A stretch of 64,000 nucleotides of DNA from positions 13,392,001-13,456,000 of the forward strand of contig JAGIQG010000032.1 of NCBI GenBank assembly GCA_024679065.1, written 5' to 3'. Made by a program: the position numbers and the translations under genes. The notes under the pieces were generated by a model. It had not been told where the DNA came from, did no database searches, and saw only the letters and a list, made by a program, of their open reading frames with translations. The stretch comes from Sphyrna mokarran (lineage: Eukaryota). Shown here one piece after another: positions 37,632-51,690 of this stretch. Position 1 is the stretch's first letter. The number at the start of each line of letters is the position of its first letter.

Positions 37632-39187
37632 CCGCTTGGAGTTGTTTGCAGTGCATCAAATTCACCAGCGGGAAAAAGAAGATGGAGACATTTGCACCAA
37701 AGCTATTGAAACTTCACAAGCACAACATTGCAAATAGTTTAATAACTACATTCCCTCCAAATTATTTACTTTTTAATGTATTATAAAAGATTGAGTAATG
37801 AAGAGCTTTGATATTTTCAGTTTACAATATGTTTAAGTATTTATGTTTCCATTCTTAGCGCAGATTTGAAATTTTTGACTATAGTCATTTCTAAGATTTC
37901 CTTCTTCAACTTTCTCATGCAGAAGTTTTGAGAGTGCCACTTATTTTTCCAGTTAAGTTAACTCAAACTCGATGTTGATAAACACATTTTATGATTGCAT
38001 GATTATAATCTGGCCTAAATAATCACATCCATGTGCTTGATTAGCTGTGGCACACAGATAACAACTGTCTAAATCCAAATATTATATACACCTTAATTGT
38101 TCTGCTTGATCTAGAGTTTATTACAAATGCTTTACATTAAAGGTAATGCAATTTAGATTTGTTTACAGCAGAGATCTGAATAAAACCAGATTGCATTTAT
38201 TTACAACATTATGAACTGAGTTAAGCAGTGTTTAATGAATGAATCATATTGCAGCGGGAACCATTGTCAGTGCAGGAATGCATTTCACATTTAGTTCAAA
38301 ACGTTTAATAGTTGCAATCACATTGGTAAATAACTTACATTTATGCTTTAAAGTTCATGTGATTGAAATTTCAGGGAACAAAGTGATTAGAAACATCATA
38401 CATATTCTAATAGTCGGGGAATCAATGCACAATCATATGCAGTCATTTGACTTCTAGTTACAGATCACACATGGTTGAGTTGCTCACTATATCGAAAATA
38501 TTGCTGCATGAAAGAAAATGTTCTTCCTGGTTCTCCATTACTCTTGACTTGCTCCATTGATTTCCACCTATCCATATCTTGCTCAGTTTTCACTGCCATT
38601 TTTCTTCAGCCAAGGTTGCCACTTCTGGATATTCAGGGTTTCAGCTCCTCTGGCAGGGCGCTTTTGAATACTAAAAATAAAATGGTTAACATCTATTGCA
38701 ATCATATACAGAGGAGTGATTGTACAAACATGGTTCAGAAGTGTTTTATTAAATGAAATTAAACCCCTTAGATGTTTTTTAGTTACCTATAATGCCACTC
38801 CAAGATTGGTCACACGGTGGCTCGAATGAAGGCAAACAAGATAGGAAGTATCTTTTTCTTTTCTCCTGGAATATGATGTTAATATGTAGTTCATCAATTA
38901 CCCAATAGTCAAGATGGTTTATAACTTGTTGAAGTGATTCAGGTTTAAAATAACTGCACTTGAAGCTAGCCTTTGACTTTGTTAAAAACAGTGAAGATCA
39001 TACTTGATTATTTCCACTGCATTCCCTTCACATAAGCAATTCAATTTAATTCATAACACAGCACTTAAATCTGAACTCCTTACTGTTGATACATTGAACT
39101 GAAATCCTCAGCAATATCTGATCCAGTGAAAAGTAACAAACTTGTGTTAACGCACTAAACAGGGAGAGGATTAGTTGAAGGTAACAG

Positions 39188-40653
39188 TTGGATAAGTCCC
39201 CTGGGCCGGACGGGATTTACCCTAGGATTCTCTGGGAGGCAAGAGAGGAGATTGCAGAGCCTCTGGCTCTGATCTTCAGGTCGTCGTTGGTTACGGGTAT
39301 GGTTCCGGAAGACTGGAGGATAGCGAATGTGGTCCCATTGTTCAAGAAGGGGAAGAGAGACTTTCCAGGGAATTATAGGCCAGTGAGTCTTACTTCTGTT
39401 GTGGGCAAAGTATTGGAGAGAATTATTAGGGATAGGATTTATAGTTATTTAGAGAGTAATGAATTGATTGGAGATAGTCAGCATGGTTTTGTGAAGGGTA
39501 GGTCGTGCCTTACTAACCTCATTGAGTTTTTTGAAAAAGTGACTAAGGAGGTGGATGGGGGTAAGGCGGTTGATGTGGTATATATGGACTTTAGTAATGC
39601 GTTTGATAAGGTGGCCCATGGAAGACTTCTGCAGAAAATGCAGATGTATGGGATAGAGGGTGATTTAGCTAATTGGGTTAGGAATTGGCTAGCAGTTAGA
39701 AGACAGAGGGTGGTGGTTGATGGGAGATATTCATCTTGGAGTTCGGTGACAAGTGGTGTACCTCAGGGGTCTGTTTTGGGGCCCCTGCTGTTTGTAATTT
39801 TTATAAATGATCTGGATGAGGGTATTGAAGGATGGATTAGTAAATTTGCAGATGACACTAAAGTCGGTGGAGTGGTAGATAGTGAAGAGGGGTGTTATAG
39901 TTTGCAGAGGGACTTGGACAAGTTGCAGAGCTGGGCCGAGAGGTGGCAAATGGAGTTTAATGTGGAAAAGTGTGAGGTAATGCACTATGGCAGAAATAAT
40001 AAATGTGTAGAGTATAGGGCAAATGGTAGGATTCTTAGTAGTCTAGATGAACAGAGGGATCTTGGTGTGTATGTGCATAGATCCCTGAAAGTAGGCAGTC
40101 AGGTCGAGAAGGTTGTTAGGAAGGCATATGGAGTCTTGGCTTTTATTGGTAGAGGGATTGAATTTCGGAGCCGCAACGTCATGTTGCAACTGTACAAAAC
40201 TCTAGTGCGGCCGCACTTGGAGTATTGTGTGCAGTTCTGGTCCCCACATTATAAGAAAGATGTGGAGGCATTGGAGAGGGTACAGAGGAGGTTTACCAGG
40301 ATGTTGCCTGGTATGGAGGGCAGGTCTTATGAGGAGAGGCTGAGGGATTTGAGGTTGTTTTCGTTAGAAAGGAGGAGGCTAAGAGGGGACCTGATCGAAA
40401 CATATAAGATGATTAGAGGTTTAGATAGGGTGGACAGTGATAGCCTTTTTCCTAGGATGGAGAAAGCTAGCACGAGGGGACACAGCTTTAATTAAGGGGT
40501 GATAGTTATAGGACGGATATCAGAGGTAGGTTCTTTACCCAAAGGGTGGTTCGGGAGTGGAATGCCCTGCCTGCAGCAGTTGTAGATGCGCCAAGTTTGG
40601 TGGCGTTTAAGAGGTTAGTTGATAAGTATATGGAAGAGAAGGGAATGGTTTAG
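39188..40653 (+). CDS. CR1 ORF2 reverse transcriptase (5'-truncated; 1-bp deletion near 40491, natural stop 40651-40653)
   Basis: DKSPGPDG, NYRPVSLTS, QHGF..RSCLTNL, PQGSVLGP, FADD; AGCTTTAATTAAGG here versus AGCTTTAAATTAAGG in the 37214 copy shows the frameshift. Confidence 0.9.
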
Positions 40654-40752
40654 TTTGGAGGGGCATTGCTTTTTATATTGGTTGGCGCAACATCGAAGGC
40701 CGAAGGGCCTGTTCTGTGCTGTAATGTTCTATGTTCTATGTTCTATGTTCTA
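39190..40752 (+). mobile_element. Young 5'-truncated CR1 (HER1-like) LINE
   Basis: Full RT domain, GGCCGAAGGGCC stem-loop, (GTTCTAT)n tail at 40726-40752. Confidence 0.95.
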
Positions 40753-41034
40753 AGATTTCCAAATGCATGTTGTCATGGATTTGGACAAGAAGAGTGAGGT
40801 AAAGTGGAAATCTTTGAAGAAACAGTCCAGTTTTGTGAAAAGATTTTCCCCTCCTCTCGAGACTTGATCAGATAAAGCTCTGAAAGTCTCCAGTAGTTCA
40901 AAGAAGTGGCATTCTTTATCTTTGAATCTATACATTTCAGTGGATTATAGAAAACACCTATACCCAGATACAGGTGCACAACACAAACCTCAGCGACAAT
41001 TTCGTACAGCATGGTACTAAGTGATCTCATCATG

Positions 41035-41556
41035 AGCACTGTATGCAGTTTTGGTCTCTGTGTCTAAGGAAGGATAAACTTGTCTTGATGGCAGCAGATA
41101 TAGCCTTATTAGATATGTTCCTGGGATAAGAAGCTATTCTATAATGACAGGCAGATCAAATTGGGTAAATACCCACTGGAGTTTAGAAGAATGAGAGGTG
41201 ATCACATTGAAGTTGAAAATTCTGAAAGGGCCTGACAGGCTTAACACAAAGAGATTGTTTTCCCTGGAAAATCCACAACTCAAGGGAATGGACTCAGGGT
41301 GAAAGGTTTTTTTTTTAAGGACTGAGATGAGGAGAACTTCCTTCACTCTGTGGGTTGTGAATCTTAATAATTGTCTAACTCAGTATTTTGCACGTTCTCA
41401 TCTTGAGTATATTGTAGGCTGGGATAGATTGATTTTGAATCTTGGGAAATCAAGGAATAAAGGGAGCAGGGAAGGGAAAGTGGCATTACTGGTGACCTGT
41501 GACCAAATTTAATGACAGATCAGGCTCAAGGGGCTGCTCTTTCTCACTTGTTCTTA
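41035..41556 (+). mobile_element. Old CR1 3' fragment
   Basis: EHCMQFWS, FRRMRGDHIE, MRRTSFTLWVVNL motifs. Confidence 0.8.
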
Positions 41557-43607
41557 AGTTAACCTCATATATCATTGATAAAAGAGTAGATTGTGTAGAG
41601 AATGTTAGGAGTTTTTCTCCTAAGGTCAGGGAGGGAAAATCCAGAAAATGTTGGTGAATGGTGAACTGAGATGCCAAAGTCTCTCATCTCTGAGACTGAA
41701 ACCAGTAAGCAATTGAGAAGGGACCTACAACTGAGTTGAAGAAGCAGAAAAGATCATCAATAATATCATAACTATTGAGCCAACATCGACAGCACCTCCA
41801 ACAAGCAGTGCAATAGCAATAACATCATCAGCAGTTGATGCAATGTAAGCAACATCAAGCATGACTCAGAGATGACCAGAAGCAACCCGCACATCAATGC
41901 CATTGCAGAATGCCAACTCGCTACTGTGAACGATCGAAGCCAAATCGATGAGATGGAGGCACAACATCCTACCACCTAAGTGATACCATGAATAATGTTT
42001 TTTTCTCAAAAATAAAACTATAGAAGATCCTGAAGGAGTTCAAAAAGTCAGTTGTTAACCGATTTTTGGGGATGGAAAAAGAGCTATTGGTTGGAACACT
42101 GATATTGATATAGAAACTTATTTTTTCAAACAAAGAAAGATGCTATTTTGCTGTGTTGTCCCTGGAGGGTTGTGTGTAATAGTTAGTCTACTGATGTTTG
42201 CAACAACTGCTGCTTTACTGCGATCATGTGCTTAGTGGTGGTGTACCTATCTATTGGTCTACCAACCTGATGGAGAGTAGGAAGAAATAGACTCGATTAA
42301 GTTCCAGTATTTTGAGCCTGAATTGTGATTATCTCTTCAGTTATGAAAACCAGAAGACATAACACTTTATTCAGTGTGACAATGACAGTCTGCTGTGCGC
42401 TGAAAACTCAGCCTTTATATTTGCCTCGCATAGGCTAATACTCCTTCCATCCGTGCAATTATAAAATGTATTTATTTTGGGGCACTATTTGCAGATCTTC
42501 CTGTGGAAAAAATCTCAAAGTTTCAGTGAATCAAAACTCATCAGCTATTTGCATTTCCACTACTGGGCCCCACAATCAGAAATGATTTATTTGTTACTGT
42601 TCCATTTTGGACAACATTTTTGTGGTTTGTTTGCATTTCTGTCAAGACCTCGGATTTTTTTTGGCTTTGGCAAGAGGTTTGTGCATGGAGTACAGAACAG
42701 TGGATATATTTTGGAATAACTTTATAAATGTGAAGATGATGGATAGAGTAAAATTATTATTGTCAAATGCAGAGCATCAATTAACAAGATAATACGCCAA
42801 GTTGCCTCAAAAGTAAATACAGATAAAGAGTTTGGTGAACAAAAATGATTCATGCTGATTGTTAAATACAGAATGTCATGCTGATAGCCAAGCATTACAG
42901 GAGCTCTTCTGCAAGTTGGAAAGAGCTTATAACTCATCTGTGGCAAAGTTATGAAGTCTTTTTGACAAATAAAATAAGCTTTGCAGTTCACCCACATCAC
43001 TGGTGTAGTTTTCAAATTTTTTTTAATGAGAAGCACACTAAAAGTAGTCAAAGATCTTGGCCTTTGGGCATGTGCTTTTACACTTAGCCCTCCCTGACCC
43101 CCGACCATCATCCCTTGCTAACTGGATAGGGATACTTATACTGATAGCTTTCATGAGATGCGAAAAGATGAACAGGGATCCATCTGTGAGAAGCTGATAG
43201 ATTCTTTGCCACTTTGTTCCACTTCCCCTTGCAGCATTGACAAAAATGTGCTTCTGTTGCAGCCAGCCATTTGCATGGGCATGCACAGAACTAAAGCTGA
43301 CAAACGTGCTGTGAACTAAGCAGAAAAGTTGGTAAACATGCAGGCACCATCTCCTATTGGCATTATTTGGAGCGGGTGATAAAAGACATTTACAAACTTT
43401 ATCATTGCTACGGCAAGAAACATCAGAGTAGGCAGGTCAAATGGCTCGTTTCTTTGTGGATTATGTGGTCACATTCTATAATTGTAGGGTCGTGTTGCAC
43501 GCCAGTGATGCCCAGTTACTATTTAATGCCCATGATTCTGAACAAAAGGACCTCCTGATTTCAGCCATTCTATTATAAATATCAATAAAGAGGGTACGTC
43601 ATATATA

Positions 43608-44180
43608 GAAAGAAATGAAGTAACTCGGTATTTTATTGTACCTGTGATAATCAAAGGATGTCTCAGAGCACTTCATGGGCGAGTATGTATTGTTGCAGTG
43701 TAGTTATTGTTTTAATATAGGGAGCACACAATCCATACAAATTCATGTATAGCAAACTTCTAAAAACAAAATTAAATAAATGGCTAGATCATCTCACAGC
43801 ACTAGCGACCCAGGTTTGTGGGTCACTGACTGTGTGGAGTATGCACATTCTCCCCATATCTTCATGGGTTTCCTCCGGGTATTCAGGTTTCCTCCCAAAT
43901 ACCAAAGATGTGCAGGTTAGGGTGTTTGGCCATGCTAAATTGCCCCATAGTGTCAAGGTGACTAGCCACACAGTAAATGCATGGGGTTATGGGGATAAGG
44001 CTTGGGTGGAATTGTGCTTGATGCAGACTCAAAGGGCCAATTGGCCTCCATTTGCACTGTAGGATTCTATGATGTTGCTTGCGATTTAATTACAGGCTAG
44101 GACACTGGAAGAGCTCCCCTAATCTTTGAAAGATACCGGTTGACTGAGATCTCAGTTTAACATCACATCTGAAAGATAGT
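43608..44180 (-). mobile_element. DeuSINE split by V-SINE insertion
   Basis: Tail part at 43608-43792; Deu-domain part at 44075-44180 (GGACACTGGAAGAGCTCCCC..CTCAGTTTAACATCACATCTGAAAGA). Confidence 0.6.
43793..44072 (+). mobile_element. V-SINE HE1-like, CR1-type tail
   Basis: V-domain TGTGTGGAGTATGCACATTCTCCCC..; tail GGGCCAATTGGCC..GCACTGTAGGATTCTATGA. Confidence 0.85.
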
Positions 44181-45920
44181 AACTTGGTTCCATTGTTAGC
44201 TGTCAGGCTGACGTGACAATGTCTTTTATTGCTTGATTTGAATTCCAAGAGCTGAATTAAGCAAATCCTTTTTTTTCATATTTAGAACATTCATACTACC
44301 AATTGTCAGTATGCAATTTAACAAAAAAAAAATTTAATTGGCTCCTCTGCCCTCTTTAGAACTGGGATGTTCTTCTGTGATGTTGAATTTATCCACTCCT
44401 AATGCGATGAGATTGAGTTGGAAAATTTTACGTAGCAGATGCAGATTTACAGCTGATAAATTAGTATAATTAATGCATTTTCCAAAGCATTATTAAAGCT
44501 GAATTTTAGAACTACCATTAGCCTTGGCACTAGTGTAAGATTAATAGCAATTGTGGGTGATTATCCTTTTAGATTATTATTACAGAATATAAGGGATTGC
44601 ACCAACATGACCATTTTATTACCCCAAGCAAGAGTGTTTGCAGTCATGATTTTTGGATGAAATGTTGAAATACATCTAACAATAAACCCCCATAATGGCT
44701 GCACGCTGAACCCAGTGTGATGAAAGGGCTCAGAATGGATCATTATTCAATAGTGTTGAACTACTGCTGAGTTGTTTTTAATCATCACAAATGGAGTACA
44801 ATTCTATGCTTTAAAGTGTATGACATATTTCACTTCATACCTTACATGGCTTCGCCATACTTATTTGGAGATTAAAATTTTTGTAAGCCTATATTGGTTC
44901 CTCATGGTGCATTTGAGCTTGAGTTCTTTAGGAAGGCCAAAACAAAGTTAGACAGGGTCACAAAAAATCTTTTGGGAAAAAGAGCCTTGGAAAAAGAGAT
45001 GGACAGTGTTCAAACATTATTTTGGCTTAGATATTGCTACATATTTGTAACTGGAAAGGGATGTTGCAAATATCAGTTGTATTGAAAACAGAATTGACTA
45101 ATGCGTTCATGATGTTATGGTTAGATTCAGCATGTGGAGCTTTGACTATCAAGTCTCAAAGCTGAGTGTTTGTCATTTATTCTCTTAGCCACTCCTCACA
45201 TCCAGCTGGGATAATGTTCCATGGGTAATCGCCCAACTGCCATTTTCTTGTGTGATCCTGGATGTCAGTGGGCTAATAAACTGTGGAGTGAAATCTCACG
45301 TGTATGGTCTAAAAGGATTCACTGTCGAGATCAGAAATATAACTTTGTTTTTTTCCTTTCTATAGTCCAAAGTTGAGAGCCAGCTGTAAATCTTCCACGT
45401 TGACTGAATTGAGATTAGATAATTTAGTAAAGACCAGGGAACACATTTGGCATCTTGTTGTTGTGTTTATTTCACTGGCATGCTGTAAAATGTATTTACT
45501 CATTGAAGATGATAGAGATGAGTGGGAAAAAAAACAGCAAAATTCTGTTTCATTGATTTCAGCTTCAACAGATTGATGTCTTCCCGTAGCTTGGGTCACT
45601 CATTAAACAAAGTACAGAGGCTACTAAAAAGATTTGTAAGGGTCATGGTGTAGTCAATTCACTTCAGAGTATGGAGTAGCCTCAGCATCTGTTTTAAAAT
45701 CAAAGTCGATCTTCTAAGAGTCCTTGTGTGGCCAACGATAATGCATGGTTGTGAATGCTGTACTGTCAAGAAGACTGCTTAGGTTTGGATAAGAGCATTT
45801 GAAATGAAAAGACTCAAATCAATGTTGTGTGTGTTATGGATGGCCAGACAAACAAATGTGTGGGTTCTTAAAAAAGCTCTATCAAGAGAAGCTTGCTTGA
45901 TGCAGTGATACCAAGGAGGC

Positions 45921-46269
45921 TTTTTTAAAAATTCATTAGTTGGACATGGGTATCGCTGGCTGGCCAGCATTTATTGCCCATCCCTACTTGCCTGAGGGCA
46001 GTTGAGAGGCAACCACAGTACTGTGACTCTGGAGTCACATGTAAGTTAGACCAGATAAGGATGGCAAGCTTCCATCCCTAAAGGACATTAGTGAATCGAC
46101 AATCAACAATGGTTTCATGTTCATCAGTAGATCCTTAATTCCAGATTTTTTTTATTGAATTCAAATTCCACTATCTGCCATGGTGAGATTCAAATCTGTT
46201 TCCCCAGAGCATCACCTGACCTTCTAAATTAATTGCTTAGCGATAATACTACTAGGTCATCATCTCCCC
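45921..46269 (-). mobile_element. Meta-domain SINE, full length
   Basis: Head GGGGAGATGATGACCTAGTAG, Meta core, AACTGCCCTC joined directly to the tail AGGCAAGTAGGGATGGGCAATAAATGCTGGCCAGCCAGCG. Confidence 0.8.
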
Positions 46270-46275
46270 ATAATA

Positions 46276-47335
46276 TTGATTTGATTTATTACTGTCACAT
46301 GTATTAGCATACATTAAAAAGCATTGTTTCTTGCATGTGATATTGTTCATAGAGAAGGAAATGAGAGAGTGCAGAACATAGTGTTACAGTCATAGCTAAG
46401 CTGTAGAGAAAGATCAAGTTAATACAAGGTAAGCCCATTCAAAAGTCCAACGGCAACACGGAAGAAGCTGTTCTTGAATCAGTTGGCACATGCTCTCAGA
46501 CTTTTGTATCTTTTTCCTGACTGAAGAAGATGGAAGAGAGAATGTCTGAGGTGCTTGGGGTCCTTAATTATCCTGGCTGCTTTGTCAAGGCGGTGGGAAG
46601 TGTAGACAGAGTCAATGGAAGGAAGGCTGGTTTGCGTGATGGATTGGGCTACAGTCACAGTCTTTTGTAGTTTCTTGCTGTCTTGGGCAAAGCAGGAACC
46701 ATACCAAGCTGTGATACAACTGGAAAGAATGCTTTCTGTGGTGCATCTGTAAAAGTTGGTGAGAGTCATGTAGCTGACATGCAAAATTTCCTTAGTCTTC
46801 CAAGGAAGTAGAGGCATTGGTGGGCTTTCTTAACTATAGTGTCGACCAAGACACTATCTTTTGATGATCTGTTGACACAATTTGTTGATGATCTGGACAC
46901 TTAAAAACTTGAAGCTCTCAACCCTTCCTACTACATCCCTGTTGATGTAGTCAGGGTTGTGTTCTCCTTTAGGTTTCCTGAAGTCGATGACAATCTCCTT
47001 CGTTTTGTTGACAGTGAGGGAGAGATTATTGTCTTCGTATTAGTTCACCAGATTCTCTAATTCATTCTTATACTCCGCCTTATCATTGTTTGAGATCTGT
47101 TCCACTACGTTGGGGTCATCAGCAAACTTGAAAATTGAATTTGAGGGGAATTTGGCGTAGGTTAGAGGCGTATAAGGAATATAACAGTGGGCTGAGAGCA
47201 CAGCCTCATGGGACACCAGTGTTGAGGATGATCATGGAGGTGTTGTTGCCTATCCTTACTGATTGTGGTCTGTATGTTAGGAAGTTCAGGGTCCAGTCGC
47301 AGAAGGAGGACCCAAGACCCAGGCCACAGAGTTTG
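46276..47335 (-). mobile_element. Rex1/Babar-type LINE, RT to 3' end
   Basis: ORF 46479-46817 LTNFYRCTTESILSSCITAWYGSC..IIKDPKH..SGKRY; 3' end TACATGTGACAGTAATAAATCAAATCAA. Confidence 0.88.
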
Positions 47336-48614
47336 GAGACAGCTTCGTAGGAATAATGTTATTGAAGGCATAACATATTACATATTTTGGACGTGTGCAG
47401 TGAACAGGAAGCGGGTGGTTGGGAAAAGAGGTAGTGCAAGGCTAAACACTCTGAGAAAAATGCACAAGGAAGAGCCAAGGTGGTATGATAGATAATATTA
47501 GAAGATTGACTGCTCTCTCAATGGGACAGGCAGTTTGGACAGCAGAAAACATAAATCACTGGAGTTATATTGTTCATAATGAACCCTCAGAACAATGACT
47601 GGTGAAAGAAAAATGGACAGTAAAAACTTTAACAAAGTGGGAAGTTATCAATGAATTAATTTTTTAAAGCTTTTTTTTATACGCACCCTATAGCGTCTAT
47701 ACATTGTATAGTGGTAAATGGACATGAAAATGTCATAGTTTGGCATGGGGTATATGAGGGGACAAAGGGGAGGAGATAAATGGGGGGGGGTGGCATTGGT
47801 TGACATGGATGGTATAAAGATGACCTTTTGAACTTGCCTTTCAAAAAAGCTTCCTCGTGCAAATTATGGTTCCTGATATCTCTGAAGTGCCATAAACCAT
47901 GATTTTGAAAAGCTGGCTTGACTCCATGAAAATTGTGATGATTAGGGCGTGCCTATCTCCACAATGAAGCTGGCCAGGGAGGAAGGCTCACAACCTGAAA
48001 TAGCCCACATCCCTAAATGGCACATCACATAATTGGGAATCCTGAGAATGAGGTTGGGAATCCTGGAATCAGACCTACCATTATTTTTAAAGAGCAACTC
48101 ACAAAAATGCAGGCTTTGATGTAAGTACTGTGCCTATTTTCCAGGAATAAAACAGGAACCTAAACATTCAAAGTGGTGAAAGGTCAGTGAAGATTCTAGC
48201 ACAAAAATTCAGGGTCTATGCCTGAATTTAGATCTCTGCATGTTCAGGTGTTGGAAAACTCACAGATGATGGCAGTTTGTACAATGCATGCTTTGATTTG
48301 TAGTCTTGTGCACATAAGTGGGCAGCTAGTGGATACGTTTTAATTCTTTTTACTCATTTTACTCTGAGGCCAGGAGAAACAAGACATTGGTATTTGCGGC
48401 AAAAAGAACAGGCTCTTTATGAGCTGGTGTAATACACGTGAGTGAGGAGAGAAACTGGAGTGAGAGGGCTATTGTGCTGAGAGCAATTACAGATGCGTGG
48501 GGTTGACATTTGGGATGGACCAGATAAGGGTGAATGAGAACAAAGTGGGAAGAGCACACTGAAGTTCACATGTGGTTTTGGACGTACAAATGTACATTCT
48601 ACACTGTTGAATAA

Positions 48615-49190
48615 ATAGTAAACTGCAAAAAAAAAAGTTCTGCTAAATTGAGTAGGGCTTTGATGAGACCATACCTGGAGTACTGTTATCTCCAAATCTG
48701 AAATAGGATCTTTGTCTTAAAGGTGATGCAGCAAAACCTGGGATAAAAGAGTTTTCCTATTATGAGAGGTTGGGTACATTGGGCATATACTGTCTGAAAT
48801 TTAAAAGAATAAGAGGCTATCTCATTGAAATCTACAAGATACTGAAGAGGTTTGACAGGGTAGATACTGAGAGGTCATTCTCCCTGACCAGGGAATCTAG
48901 AACATGAAAAGTATAATCTCAGGATAAAGGGTCGACTAATTAGGACTGAGATGAAGAGAAACTTCTTGTTTTGAATCATTGGAATTCTCTACCCCAGAGG
49001 AATGTAGATGCTCTATCCTTGAGTATATTCAAAGCTGGGATAGATTTTTGATCTCTTCTGGATTCAAGGTGAAAGGAGAGTGGGCAGGAAAATGGAGTTG
49101 AGGCAGAACATCAGCTATGATTATGTGAAATGACAGAACAGGCATGAGGGGCCATATAGCCTACTCCTGTTCCTATTTTTTATGTTCTTA
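48615..49190 (+). mobile_element. Old CR1 3' fragment
   Basis: ALMRPYLEYC, KRIRGYLIEIYKILKRFDRVD, WNSLPQ; tail TTTTTATGTTCTTA. Confidence 0.85.
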
Positions 49191-51229
49191 AATTAAGGAT
49201 CATATTATCCTGTATAATGTAGCTTATACTTGCTGTTAATTTGAAACTGTGCCATTTTAGTTTAATTGTCATTGAGTGAACAGCAGGGGAGGTCATAGTT
49301 TAATTGTTATTTAAGCTGCAGGTTATAATCTTAGCTTATTTTTTAAGCTTTGATTTGTAAGGTCACCGAGACATTGGAGGCCTTTGCCAAATGGTACATT
49401 TGTTAATTGTTTTTAACATGATGTAGGAATTTGAGTGCGAGGCACAGGAAATGAGGGCCAATGTACTTCTCTTACAATATAAAATCTTTGGGGATTAATT
49501 GCAACGTGTTGCTCTTTTCAAGTCTTTTTATGGATCTAGTTTATCCCATGTGCTCCCCGGCTTCGGTTATCATCTTTGAGCTATGCCAGATGGATACCCT
49601 GGGTATTCACTGCTTTTATTTTGCTCCTAATGTTTGGAGAAACACCAGACTTCTTCTTGACATGCCCTCTTTTATCACAATTTTAGTTCAGGATTTAGCA
49701 TGTGATGAATCTCTGGAAGTAAATCTGTGTCCTAAGCTTTGCTGCCTTACCACCATGTCCTCCGTGCATGAGAGCATCATTCTGCGTGTGAAAGGTGCTT
49801 AGGTGAAAATTAATTAACTTAGGTACTGAAAATGGTTACCACGAGAGCATAATATGGCACCATACTTGCCTATAATAATTTATTATCTATTAACATACAC
49901 GCACAAACTTATATATACATCTCTCTCTATTAACATATACAAATAAACATAGCAAGCAGCATTTAAAAGTTTTTGAACATTTTATACAGTGATTATTAAA
50001 TGTTACTTTAGCCATAAAACTAAAGGCATTCCTGACAAAACTCATTACATGCCAAAACAAGCCTAGCATCTCTTTCACTGAGGGTGTAGATTTTCTTGTT
50101 GCAAACCAGACTTATCTATAAAGCTTTGAGATAGAGCCAAACAATTTATACACTGATAATGATGTGCCCATTGTAAATGATTTTGTCTATATCTAATATT
50201 TTCTTTCGCTGTTTCCTAAAACAAAGACTATTATCTAAAATCCAGGTTGTCACTAATATTTGTCAGTTACGTATGAAATCCCCTGTGATGGGTCACATGG
50301 GGCCATGTACCACAGCTAGGATTAAATCTGTGATTGGATCCACTTCTACAACTTAAATTACTGTTCTCTTATCTCAAGGTAACAGAGCGACTGTAGGCCT
50401 TGTCCCACTTTCTCCCAGATTGAATAAATGTCAGCAAAATTAATTTCATTGCCACTTAAATTAGCTCCTCAGTGTGATCTCCTGCTTCCCATCACTTTAT
50501 TTCCTTAAGAATTAAATTTCCTTTTTATGTATTTTATTTCAGAAGGGAAATTCCCAGAATTGCACATGCTATCAATAACCATTCCTCATTTCATGGAATT
50601 TACAAAGTCGAGAGCATGTTACAGAATGCAGTAATCTTTCACTTTAATAGTCCTTCACAGAGATAGCTAAAACTAATCTGATGTCTTGTTGCTTTTATTT
50701 TCTACATGCAGCCTCTGACTAGGAAAAAAAATACTTTCATTAAACAGTAAGCACATATCTGATTAGCTTTGCTATCAAGAGATCCTCACTTGTACTTAAT
50801 CTTCAACCTAATTTGAACAATCTTATATTATGCTTAATCATAGTCTTGCAATATCAGGCTCCCTAAGAGGGTCTCAAGTTTTTTTTTGCTGATTCATTCC
50901 TGAAAAAGAACAATTACCCAAACTTTGCAAATGTGCAACTCAACATCTCAGTGGCATGCTTTGAGTAAAGATTTGAGAGAGGATGCTTTATTGGACATTA
51001 AATCACAAGAATAGTGATTACTGTACAGACAATAGCAGATTACCTACAATTAAACATGCAGAAACAGGCATATGCATTGCCCAATTTAAAGTATATTAAA
51101 ATAACAAATTGTGTTAGGAAAAATGAAAGCACCAATCTGGTTGAACTTTACTTTCCCGTTTTTGTAGATGAGGGCAGAGTCCTTTATCTCATCATTAGAC
51201 GGAGCTTTTCCACTATAAAGTAGTAAATA

Positions 51230-51690
51230 CTGCAATGTTTCACAGAGAAGAAATGTACACAAAGCTATTCTGGAAGGATTTAAGGGGGATGGCATAGTAT
51301 TTAAGGAGGCATAAAGAAGGGATGCAAGCAACAAATTGTAGAGAGTACACCTGAGATGGCTGAAGGCTCTGCCATAGATGATGGAGTGAGAGATTGTGAG
51401 ATACACAAAAGGCCACAATCAGAAGATCGAAAAACATGGGCTATAATATAGTTTAGAGGAAATTGCAGAGGTTAGGATGGTGTGAGATACTGGATGAATT
51501 TTTAAATGAGGACAAGGATACTGAATTTTTTGTATTTGGAGATGAGAACACAGTGAAATAGTTGAAAATGAAATGAGAGATGACTGGGATAGGATGGCAT
51601 TTATGCAGCTTTTGCGTAAATTGATTTTAGTCTTAAAATTGTGGCTCAGAAACAAAGCACTGGAAATATTCAGTCTGAAGGTAATAGAAT
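51230..51690 (-). mobile_element. Old L2 LINE 3' portion
   Basis: Minus strand GRAFSHL (GGCAGAGCCTTCAGCCATCT), typical of the L2 ORF2 C-terminus; purine-rich plus strand. Confidence 0.55.

Noticed and set aside
39188-40495. RT ORF as part of a retron, DGR, group II intron or other novel RT system
   Set aside because: Motifs, the 3' stem-loop and the (GTTCTAT)n tail are standard CR1 LINE; the copy is 5'-truncated and frameshifted.
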